From Basidiobolus meristosporus CBS 931.73 (lineage: Eukaryota; Fungi; Basidiobolomycota), in assembly GCA_002104905.1 (NCBI GenBank), contig MCFE01000308.1:33840-97839 (forward strand): DNA of 64,000 nucleotides, given 5' to 3'. The notes under the pieces were generated by a model. It was not told where the DNA came from. It saw only the letters and a list, made by a program, of their open reading frames with translations, and searched no databases. Positions 1 to 9,389 of this stretch are shown here, piece after piece (the stretch's first letter is position 1; each line of letters begins with the position of its first letter). The translations under genes and the position numbers were made by a program.

Positions 1-1290
1 AGAGAGTAAGGGTTGGCCACGAGATATTTTAACATCTGTATAGTTGTCCCATTTGTCTGGATAACCAATCTTGACATCGAGTCCCTTCAGTTTTTCAAGT
101 GCACGCGCACGAGTCTCGGGACCCATCCACTCAATTGTCTGTAGGCGTGTTGCCAATGCATCCTGAATGAGGGTCACTAGCTCTTGGGCTTGTGCTTTGG
201 CTTCGGGCTTGAATTTCTCCTGGACAAATGGCTGGCTCAGGGTATCGGGGATATGATCGCCGATCACACCTAATATAAACTTCCAACGAGGAGATGGTTC
301 ACTTTGGCCTCGAAGAGTGCGTCCATAGAAGTCGAAATCTTGTGCTTCGTACTGCTGGCCAAGGTAGCTGGCACTGTAGCCAAGGACTTGCCACTGCAGG
401 TATGTTCGCCAATCATCCGCATGGAAGTTGCTGAACAAGGTGTTGACGTGTCTTAGGAAGTTCGGGTTGTCCACTATCACGTCACCATCACCGAAGCAAT
501 GCCCTTGGGGCCACCCCAGCGATTGGCAATAGGTGAGCCAGGGGAATGCTGGGGTGAGTGCTCGCAGTTGTTCGAAGGTGAGTTTGTTGTATGTGCGATA
601 CACATCTCGCATTTCAACGGATGATAGCGAGTTGTTGGCAAGGGCCGTCTCAAAGTCCAACACAACCTTGGCTTTGGCCGCACCATCCTTGACTTGGGCG
701 AGGGTGAAGATCTTCTCAACATGCTCCTGATATTTCTGACGAATCTCAGCTAGAGCAGCATCCGAATAATATTCCCTGTTAGGAAGGGATAGGCCACTCT
801 GTACAATGCGAGCAAGCGTCCAGGTCGAGTTTTTGCTATCAGGTTGGGCACTGATTGAGAACAGAGGACTGCCTCCATGGACGGAGATAAAAAGACTGTG
901 GAGTTTGCCAATGGCTTTGGCAGTGTCATCAGGAGTGCGAACAATTGCCACCTGATTTAGCAGGGCTTTGATGGGATCTAAGCCCGATTGCTCAATCAGG
1001 GTAGTATTCATTCCCGAGGCATAGAAATCGCCCAGTAGGCTGGGTGTGGTTGAGTTTCCTGCCTTCTCCAGCAGGGTCAGAAGATATTCTTTGTTCCGTT
1101 CTTGTACTATTGTGAATGCATTGCTCTGAGTCTGATCCGGTGGAAGAGTGGTGTTTTTGATCCAATCATAATTGACATGGAAGTAGAAATCCTCCGAGGC
1201 AGCGGGCACCTGGGGTGGCAGGTCCTGAGTGTAGACATAGCCCACGTTGACGGACAAGGACAGCACGAGGAGATGGATTGGCTTTCGCAT
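1..1290 (-). CDS. M13 family (neprilysin/PepO-like) secreted zinc metalloendopeptidase, copy 1; 3' part runs off the left edge of the window
   Basis: Manual translation from ATG at 1290 gives MRKPIHLLVLSLSVNVGYVYTQDLPPQVPAASEDFYFHVNYDW...KIGYPDKWDNYTDVKISRGQPLLS, collinear with copies 2 and 3. No stop or indel seen. Probably missing from the ORF track because no stop codon lies inside the window. Confidence 0.9.
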   Translation of the reverse strand, partial: MRKPIHLLVLSLSVNVGYVYTQDLPPQVPAASEDFYFHVNYDWIKNTTLPPDQTQSNAFTIVQERNKEYLLTLLEKAGNSTTPSLLGDFYASGMNTTLIEQSGLDPIKALLNQVAIVRTPDDTAKAIGKLHSLFISVHGGSPLFSISAQPDSKNSTWTLARIVQSGLSLPNREYYSDAALAEIRQKYQEHVEKIFTLAQVKDGAAKAKVVLDFETALANNSLSSVEMRDVYRTYNKLTFEQLRALTPAFPWLTYCQSLGWPQGHCFGDGDVIVDNPNFLRHVNTLFSNFHADDWRTYLQWQVLGYSASYLGQQYEAQDFDFYGRTLRGQSEPSPRWKFILGVIGDHIPDTLSQPFVQEKFKPEAKAQAQELVTLIQDALATRLQTIEWMGPETRARALEKLKGLDVKIGYPDKWDNYTDVKISRGQPLLS

Positions 1291-2400
1291 TGGGATGTTT
1301 GGCGAATTCAATTGGTACTAGTTGAATGCTTGTGATTAGGCCAAGGACGATGAGTGGAATTTTATAGTGTCGGCCAGATTACCTCCTCACGGTTAATGAT
1401 GAATCAGATGAGTGATTCTAGCTAGAGCGGAGGATCGCAGTTACCAACTCTTACTGAGCGTTAGATCAGTAATGAAAACTATATTGAATCACAAGTGAAC
1501 CATCGGGGCCATAAGCCTGATAGGCATGGTATGATTCATTATGGAATGATCCTGAAGCCTAATTGGCGGGAAAATTAGGCAGCCAAGAGAATCTGGGCTG
1601 ATGCAGAGATTTGCTTATGCAGATTAGAAACCGTGAGCCATGTGCATTTTCCCACACCATCAACGGTAAACGCTTGGCCAGTTTGATCAGCCTTCAACCA
1701 GAAATCACTCAACTGAGCCTTATCTGAGAGCACTCTGTCATCTGGGTATTCCATTTCGAAGGAGACGGTGGAACTAAAAGCAAAATATGATTGCTTATCA
1801 TTGCTTGCGATCACTAGCCCGCCATGGATTTCGTCATGGCTGGCATATACTAGAATTTAGAATCCAGGCTGAAACTTCTCCAATTGATCCACCGACAAGC
1901 GCAAATCCCCGCACTAGCCCGGTAGTCCGGGGTTTCATGCTTTGCAGTCAACGCTGTGACGCCGTGGATAAGCTTGATTCAACTATTGGCACTAGACGAG
2001 CAAGTGTACCGCTTATGCTATGATGTTGTGGAGCTATAGAACTGCGGATGTGATTGTTTTATCCGAAGAAATTCGGAGGAAACCCTCACTATCGAAACGA
2101 TTTAACGCCTACAGTGGAGCAGAACTGGTGATTGCTTCATCAGAGATAGTTTCACTTGCTATAGTAAATCCCGAGTTACCACTCGCAAGGGTCGATGACT
2201 TCACGCCATTCTGATTGAGAGATTGATCTTCTCTGATTGTAATAAGCATCGGCATCAGATCCATCTTCAAACCATTTCTTGAATTATGTTGGTCTCATTC
2301 CAATTGACGTAGTTGCTTTTTACAGGGATGATTTAGCGCGCCAGAAAGGTATCGCTGGTCATGTCGCGATGATGCAAATATGAGAACCCATGCCCGAATT
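1291..2400. repeat. Duplicated upstream region of the M13 array; diverged homologue of ~9390-10380 and, for the first ~230 bp, of 6143-6370
   Basis: Shared blocks in the same order: CAGTTACCAAC (1438, 6285, 9535), CACAAGTGAAYCATCG (1490, 6336, 9587), CAACTATTGG and CTGCGGATGYGATTG (in ~1980-2060 and ~10060-10135). Confidence 0.75.
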
Positions 2401-2519
2401 GAAACAACAATATTGCCCAGGAGTGTATGAAACTGCGAGAGACCCAAGAGTCATGGTATTGCGAAAAGCCTCTGGTAATAGTCCTGTTCAGGTATGACAA
2501 TCCATTATCTTAGTCCAGC

Positions 2520-2660
2520 AAGTCTCTTGACCCAACTTCAATTGAAATATACGTTTCCAATCGCTGATGTTGAACCTATTACTTTAGGCAAGTTCAAGCC
2601 ACGAGCAAAAATTGGCACCGGTATTTCTGCATCCTCATACAATTCTGACATCATGCAAGG
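2520..2660 (-). mobile_element. Possible Tc1/mariner transposase relic
   Basis: Minus-strand frame reads WLELA*SNRFNISDWKRIF, resembling the RLxFA...WTxxDWKRVIxSDE stretch that precedes the first catalytic Asp. Contains a stop and the SDE is absent. Confidence 0.3.
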
Positions 2661-3302
2661 CTGATCAATGTGCAGGCATCACCTCTACAGTATCTTCGAT
2701 TCTTATTTATGAAGACCTACGGTTCCACCAATTCTTATCCTCAATTCCATCCCTTCAATGATAACACATTTATCACAAACCTGTTCAAAATGATGATCAC
2801 TGCGATTGATCTTTTGCCATGAACACCTGTCATGCCAACAGTTTACGGGCTGATTGTCATTTAGTTATATCCATATGTATGATGCTATTCCAGGTTTCTT
2901 GGATATAATTATGTTGCGTACTCAAGTACCATAAATGAGCACACCATGTCCCCTAGACCACTTCCTAGATCCATTATGTGTATACAGTAAGATTCTATCA
3001 ATCACTCCTGTGCCCACTCTCTCCTATTCTTAATTGTTCTAGTGATGGTCCACTATATTACGAAGGTGGGAAAGCTGACCAAGTGGTTGGGGCTTCGAAG
3101 CGTATTATATGTTACCTGTTAGTCTAGGACCTTATGTGGTAAGCCAAGTCGAAGGAGGGGGGCTCAATAATCGGCTCCCCCAGATAGCACATTGCACCTT
3201 CTACACATATCTTAGGGTTAGGGTACAAAGAGAGATCTTATTCTTCTTTACAAACTCCCTCCACTTACACTTTCTCTAAATCTCCCCCGGATATTATTTA
3301 TA

Positions 3303-3370
3303 TTTACAAGTTCAAGGCTTGGTCATTGACTCTTGACTAGGATATAATGACCAAGCCTTGAACTTGTAAA
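3303..3370. repeat. Perfect 25 bp inverted repeat with 18 bp spacer (hairpin or collapsed MITE-like)
   Basis: TTTACAAGTTCAAGGCTTGGTCATT (3303-3327) is the exact reverse complement of AATGACCAAGCCTTGAACTTGTAAA (3346-3370). Confidence 0.95.
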
Positions 3371-4114
3371 AGCTACATATCCAATAAGAATTATTTTTGC
3401 TCTAGCTTCCATTATACCTTTATACCCTATATAGAATACCCTAATAGAATTTTAGATGGCATTAGTTTAGATCAAACATGCAATTCACCCTGATATACAC
3501 TACTTATGAGCCTAACTACTAACATTCTAATAAGTTATAAGCAATGTAAAGTTTAAGGTTGTTTGTAGGGTAGAATACCAGCATTGAAATGCAATAATGA
3601 AATTCTTACTAGAAAGCTTTCATATATTGCAGATGTATTTCATACGTGATCAATAAAAACATGCAAAGGAGTTTTAAGACTGGTAGAATTTCATTTAAAA
3701 TACGAATACTTCAAGATACAATTGGCTAAATATGGAGCACCTGTAAGTTGTATTTGCTGTTAGCAACACCTGCATATATTAGCAAACATCATAAAATTCA
3801 ACTTTATAGGGATACTTGGTTGTTATAATTCAAAGGTTCACGTTGAATATACAGCTTGGCTTCCCAATAAAACCAGTCAAGCAAAGTTGAGCCCTTTCAG
3901 CCCATTAACCTCAGATTCCAATCCTTATTATACAACCAGCTATTCGTTCATTTCGCCCAAATGCACTGAGCATTTAACGAATGATATTTTTCAAGATAGA
4001 AGCTTCATTTACAGGATGGATGTTAAGTTAAGCAAGATGGTTATAGAACAGTACATCACACAGGCGAGATACAAAAATTGCATGGGTCACTTAGTTCACT
4101 TACACTCACGATAT

Positions 4115-6142
4115 TTACCAGATGTTTGCCCTTTCCGCTTCACTGCGATACATCTTATCCCCTTCCTTCACACCAAATGCATCGTAAAACTCTTGGAAGT
4201 TTGAGCATGGTCCGTTGACTCTCCAGATCCCCGGGGAGTGTGGGTCGGTACGAAGACGCAACAATGCCTCCTCCTTGCGAATGACATTCTTCCAAACTTG
4301 AGCATAGGCCGAGAAAAACTGTTGCTCTGGAGAAAGACCATCCACGGTGCCAACTGCTCCTGGGTTGTTCTTCTGCCATTCCTGAAAAGCCAGATAGGAG
4401 AGCTTCACTCCTCCAATATCCGCAATGTTCTCGCCTTGGGTCAGGTTTCCATTGACCTTGGCCCCATAGATCTCATAGCTGCTGTAGAGATCGACAACAA
4501 TCTTCGCCCGCTTCTCGAACTCTGCTGCGTCGGTGGGGGTCCACCAATCCTCCAGGTTGCCTTGCGCGTTGTAGTTACGACCCTGATCATCATAGCCGTG
4601 GGTGATTTCATGCCCGATAACCGCCCCGATGCCTCCGAAGTTCGCGGCAGCATTTCCCCTGGGATCCTTCTCATCGGGTGGGTAGAAGAAAGGAGGCTGG
4701 AGAATTCCAGCTGGGAAGGCGATACTGTTGGATGTGGGATCATAATAAGCATTCACTTCATAAGCAGTCATGTACCAGACAGATTTATCAGATGGCGAGT
4801 TTGATGCTTTCAGAATCTTCTTGAAATGTACCCCAGCGATATTGAGCACGTTGGAGAGCAAGGGTCGATTTCGAGAAATCTCAATATATGTGTAGTTATC
4901 CCAATTTTCTGGATAACCAATCTTGACATCGAGTCCCTTCAGCTTTTCAAGTGCACGCGTACGAGTCTCAGGACCCATCCACTCAATTGTCTGTAGGCGT
5001 GTTGCCAATGCATCCTGAATGAGGGTCACCATCTCTTGAGCTTGTGCTTTGGCTTCGGGCTTGAATTTCTCCTGGACAAATGGCTGGCTCAAGGTATCAG
5101 GGATCTGAGAGCCTATCACACCTAACATAAACTTCCACCGTGGGGATGGTTCACTTTGGCCTCGAAGAGTGCGTCCATAGAAGTCGAAATCTTGTGCTTC
5201 GTACTGCTGGCCAAGGAAGCTGGCACTGTAGCCAAGGACTTGCCACTGCAGGTATGTTCGCCAATCATCCGTATGGAAGCTGCTGAACAAGGTGTTGACG
5301 TATCTTAGGAAGTTCGGGTTGTCCACTATCACGTCACCATCACCGAAGCAATGCCCTTGGGGCCATCCCAGCGATTGGCAATAGGTGAGCCAGGGGAATG
5401 CCGGGGTGAGTGCTCGCAGTTGTTCGAAGGTGAGTTTGTTGTATGTGCGATACACATCTCGCATTTCAACGGATGATAGCGAGTTGTTGGCAAGGGCCGT
5501 CTCAAAGTCCAACACAACTTTGGCTTTGGCCGCACCATCCTTGACTTGGGCGAGGGTGAAGATCTTCTCAACATGCTCCTGATATTTCTGACGAATCTCA
5601 GCTTGATCCGGATCCAGGTAGTACTCTCTGCTAGGAAGTGATAGGCCACTCTGTCCAATGTAGGAGAGTGTCCAGGTCGAGTTTTTGCTATCAGGTTGGG
5701 CGCTGATTCCGAACAGAGGACTGCCTCCATGGACGGAGATAAGAAGACTGTGGAGTTTGCCAATGGCTTTGGCGGTGTCATCAGGAGTGCGAACAATTGC
5801 CACCTGATTTAGCAAGGCTTTGATGGGATCTAAGCCCGATTGTTCAATCAGGGTAGTATTCATTCCCGAGGCATAGAAATCGCCCAGTAGGCTGGGTGTG
5901 GTTGAGTTTCCTGCCTTCTCCAGCAGGGTCAGGAGGAATTTTGAGTTCCTTTCGTCTACTACTGAAAATGTATTCCACCGAGACTGATCTGGTGGCAGGG
6001 TTATGTTTTTGATCCAATCATAATTGACATGGAAGTAGAAATCCTCCGAGGCAGCAGGCACCTGGGGTGGCAAGTCCTGAGTGTAAACATAGCCCGCGTT
6101 GATGGACAATGACAGCACGAGGAGATGGATTGGCTTTCGCAT
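4115..6142 (-). CDS. M13 family zinc metalloendopeptidase, copy 2 (675 aa, intronless, N-terminal signal-like peptide)
   Basis: VNAYY substrate motif, HEITH (HExxH), GENIAD third zinc ligand, DPHSP and WRVNG motifs; hydrophobic N-terminus. Confidence 0.96.
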   Translation of the reverse strand: MRKPIHLLVLSLSINAGYVYTQDLPPQVPAASEDFYFHVNYDWIKNITLPPDQSRWNTFSVVDERNSKFLLTLLEKAGNSTTPSLLGDFYASGMNTTLIEQSGLDPIKALLNQVAIVRTPDDTAKAIGKLHSLLISVHGGSPLFGISAQPDSKNSTWTLSYIGQSGLSLPSREYYLDPDQAEIRQKYQEHVEKIFTLAQVKDGAAKAKVVLDFETALANNSLSSVEMRDVYRTYNKLTFEQLRALTPAFPWLTYCQSLGWPQGHCFGDGDVIVDNPNFLRYVNTLFSSFHTDDWRTYLQWQVLGYSASFLGQQYEAQDFDFYGRTLRGQSEPSPRWKFMLGVIGSQIPDTLSQPFVQEKFKPEAKAQAQEMVTLIQDALATRLQTIEWMGPETRTRALEKLKGLDVKIGYPENWDNYTYIEISRNRPLLSNVLNIAGVHFKKILKASNSPSDKSVWYMTAYEVNAYYDPTSNSIAFPAGILQPPFFYPPDEKDPRGNAAANFGGIGAVIGHEITHGYDDQGRNYNAQGNLEDWWTPTDAAEFEKRAKIVVDLYSSYEIYGAKVNGNLTQGENIADIGGVKLSYLAFQEWQKNNPGAVGTVDGLSPEQQFFSAYAQVWKNVIRKEEALLRLRTDPHSPGIWRVNGPCSNFQEFYDAFGVKEGDKMYRSEAERANIW

Positions 6143-7361
6143 TGGAATATGGTAAATCCACTTAGTAGCGCGTGAGTGCTGGACTGATGGGCAAAATGAG
6201 GGCTGACTTTTATATTGTCAACCTGATTACCTACTCATCGTCCTTGAGTGATCAGATGATTGATTCTTGCCAAAATAGAGATCACAGTTACCAACGCTTA
6301 ATGACATTAGATCAGCAATGGAAGGATGTTCGAACCACAAGTGAACCATCGGCTGCAATACAATCCAATGAACTTGGTATTATCATCAAAATAAACAAGG
6401 GCTGAATCATAAATTGCTCTATAGTAGTAATAATTGGCTGAGCAGGTGGGTGGACTAGTGAATCAGCGAGCTGGAAATAGGATTAGCATGAGATCCAAAG
6501 ATTCATTAGTGCAGGTTTAAAAATACGAAGCAACCTTTCTATTCTTTCGCCCTATCACCATTGTACGTCCTTGGGAAAATTCGGCACTGTGCCAGATTCA
6601 AATGAAAACCCGTGCTGCAAAATGGCTAATACGACTACTCGATTTAAAGGTTCAAAAGTGCAGTTGGATTCTTTATGTAGTGTTTCGAACCACTGATTGC
6701 ATTGGATCTGATATAGGCTTGTAAACCAAGTACGGATCAACTAGTATTCGCTTCGTGACTTGCCTTGAACTTCCGTAATCTATGATAGTTCCTGATTGGA
6801 TCCAGCAGCAACACAGAAATTCCACAAGCAACAGTATCCAGTAGTGCGAATCTGACAGGAAGCAGGTATATAGGTATTGTATATTTCAAAGCCTTCTGCC
6901 AGGGAAATTAATGGGTTGGCCTAAAGCCTGAAGTTAAATATCATATGTATAGGCGATTTCCGTTTATTCACATCTCAGATACTTGAACTGTTTCTAGCCA
7001 GTCAAACATTTCAAACTATTGACCCTCAACCAAGATTCACCAGAAATTATGATGAAGTTCCCCATTTTCCCATGCATGATGCCACCTCTATACACTAGAG
7101 TCACCTAAATGCCTTAATATGAATAGTATGTATTGAATACCGAATAGCAAATCTATTAACAGAGGCAAAGTCATCTGGCCCTTCAATAAGCTGAGCTATA
7201 AGCAGTAACTTTGAGAATTCACTTAGATAGCCTTATATTCTGTTTTAACGAGAAAGTTTCTACTTGGTGAAAATTGCGCTGTGCCCATATAGGATCCACC
7301 AGGTATGCTTGGATTATATGCATTCAAAAATTGGATGATGTTCTTGCCTTAGTTCGCAATT

Positions 7362-9389
7362 TTACCAGATATCTGCCCTTTCCGCTTCACTGCGATACAT
7401 CTTATCCCCTTCCTTCACATCAAATGCATCGTAAAACTCTTGAAAGTTCGAGCATGGTCCGTTGACTCTCCAGATCCCCGGGGAGTGTGGGTCAATTTGA
7501 ATATACAGCAACGCCTCCTCCTTGCGAATGATATTCTTCCAAACTTGAGCATAGGCCGAGAAAAACTGTTGCTCTGGAGAAAGACCATCCACGGTGCCAA
7601 CTGCTCCTGGGTTGTTCTTCTGCCATTCCCGAAAAGCCAGATAGGAGAGCTTCACTCCTCCAATATCCGCAATGTTCTCGCCTTGGGTCAGGTTTCCATT
7701 GACCTTGGCCCCATAGATCTCATAGCTGCTGTAGAGATCGACAACAATCTTCGCCCGCTTCTCGAACTCTGCTGCGTCAGTGGGGGTCCACCAATCCTCC
7801 AGGTTGCCTTGCGCGTTGTAGTTACGACCCTGATCATCATAGCCGTGGGTGATTTCATGCCCGATAACCGCCCCGATGCCTCCGAAGTTCGCGGCAGCAT
7901 TTCCCCTGGGATCCTTCTCATCGGGTGGGTAGAAGAAAGGAGGCTGGAGAATTCCAGCTGGGAAGGCGATACTGTTGTATGTTCCATAATAGTACGCGTT
8001 CACTAGATAAGGAGCCATGAGCCATATCGATTTATCAGATGGCGAGTTTGATGCTTTCAGAATCTTCTTGAAATTTACCGCAGAGATATTGAGCACATTG
8101 GAGAGCAAGGGTAAATTACGAGCTATTTCAACATCCGTGTAGTTATCCCAATTTTCTGGATAACCAATCTTGACATCGAGTCCCTTCAGCTTTTCAAGTG
8201 CACGCGCACGAGTCTCGGGACCCATCCACTCAATTGTCTGTAGGCGTGTTGCCAATGCATCCTGAATGAGGGTCACTAGCTCTTGAGCTTGTGCTTTGGC
8301 TTCGGGCTTGAATTTCTCCTGGACAAATGGCTGGCTCAAGGCATCAGGGATCTGAGAGCCTATCACACCTAACATAAACTTCCACCGTGGGGATGGTTCA
8401 CTTTGGCCTCGAAGAGTGCGTCCATAGAAGTCGAAATCTTGTGATTTATACTGCTGGCCAAGGTAGCTGGCACTGTAGCCAAGGACTTGCCACTGCAGGT
8501 ATGTTCGCCAATCATCCGTATGGAAGCTGCTGAACAAGGTGTTGACGTATCTTAGGAAGTTCGGGCTGTCCACTATCACGTCACCATCACCGAAGCAATG
8601 CCCTTGGGGCCATCCCAGCGATTGGCAATAGGTGAGCCAGGGGAATGCCGGGGTGAGTGCCCGCAGTTGTTCGAAGGTGAGTTTGTTGTATGTGCGATAC
8701 ACATCTCGCATTTCAACGGATGATAGCGAGTTGTTGGCAAGGGCCGTCTCAAAGTCCAACACAACCTTGGCTTTGGCCGCACCATCCTTGACTTGGGCGA
8801 GGGTGAAGATCTTCTCAACATGCTCCTGATATTTCTGACGAATCTCAGCTTGATCCGGATCCAGGTAGTACTCTCTGCTAGGAAGTGATAGGCCACTCTG
8901 TCCAATGTAGGAGAGTGTCCAGGTCGAGTTTTTGCTATCGGGCCAGGCACTGATTCCGAATAAAGGGCTTCCACCATATACTGAAATTGCGAGACTGTGG
9001 AGTTTGCCAATGGCTTTGGCGGTGTCATCAGGAGTGCGAACAATTGCCACCTGATTTAGCAAGGCTTTGATGGGATCTAAGCCTGATTGCTCAATCAGGG
9101 TAGTATTCATTCCCGAGGCATAGAAATCGCCCAGAAGGCTGGGTGTGGTTGAGTTTCCTGCCTTCTCCAGCAGGGTCAGGAGGAATTTTGAGTTCCTTTC
9201 ATCTACTGCGGCAAACGGACTCCACTGAGTCTGGTCTGGTGGCAGAGTTATGTTTTTGATCCAATCATAATTGACATGGAAGTAGAAATCCTCCGAGGCA
9301 GCAGGCACCTGGGGTGGCAAGTCCTGAGTGTAAACATAGCCCGCGTTGATGGACAATGACAGCACGAGGAGATGGATTGGCTTTCGCAT
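7362..9389 (-). CDS. M13 family zinc metalloendopeptidase, copy 3 (675 aa, intronless)
   Basis: Same catalytic motifs as copy 2; about 39 of 675 residues differ from copy 2 by manual count. Confidence 0.96.
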   Translation of the reverse strand: MRKPIHLLVLSLSINAGYVYTQDLPPQVPAASEDFYFHVNYDWIKNITLPPDQTQWSPFAAVDERNSKFLLTLLEKAGNSTTPSLLGDFYASGMNTTLIEQSGLDPIKALLNQVAIVRTPDDTAKAIGKLHSLAISVYGGSPLFGISAWPDSKNSTWTLSYIGQSGLSLPSREYYLDPDQAEIRQKYQEHVEKIFTLAQVKDGAAKAKVVLDFETALANNSLSSVEMRDVYRTYNKLTFEQLRALTPAFPWLTYCQSLGWPQGHCFGDGDVIVDSPNFLRYVNTLFSSFHTDDWRTYLQWQVLGYSASYLGQQYKSQDFDFYGRTLRGQSEPSPRWKFMLGVIGSQIPDALSQPFVQEKFKPEAKAQAQELVTLIQDALATRLQTIEWMGPETRARALEKLKGLDVKIGYPENWDNYTDVEIARNLPLLSNVLNISAVNFKKILKASNSPSDKSIWLMAPYLVNAYYYGTYNSIAFPAGILQPPFFYPPDEKDPRGNAAANFGGIGAVIGHEITHGYDDQGRNYNAQGNLEDWWTPTDAAEFEKRAKIVVDLYSSYEIYGAKVNGNLTQGENIADIGGVKLSYLAFREWQKNNPGAVGTVDGLSPEQQFFSAYAQVWKNIIRKEEALLYIQIDPHSPGIWRVNGPCSNFQEFYDAFDVKEGDKMYRSEAERADIW

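Noticed and set aside
3212-3223. TTAGGGTTAGGG telomere-like repeat
   Set aside because: Only two units; compatible with chance.
477-9043. Many short ORFs recurring three times (e.g. 533-730, 5385-5582, 8632-8829; 4238-4804, 7440-8006)
   Set aside because: They are antisense or off-frame shadows of the duplicated M13 genes; they recur only because the genes do.
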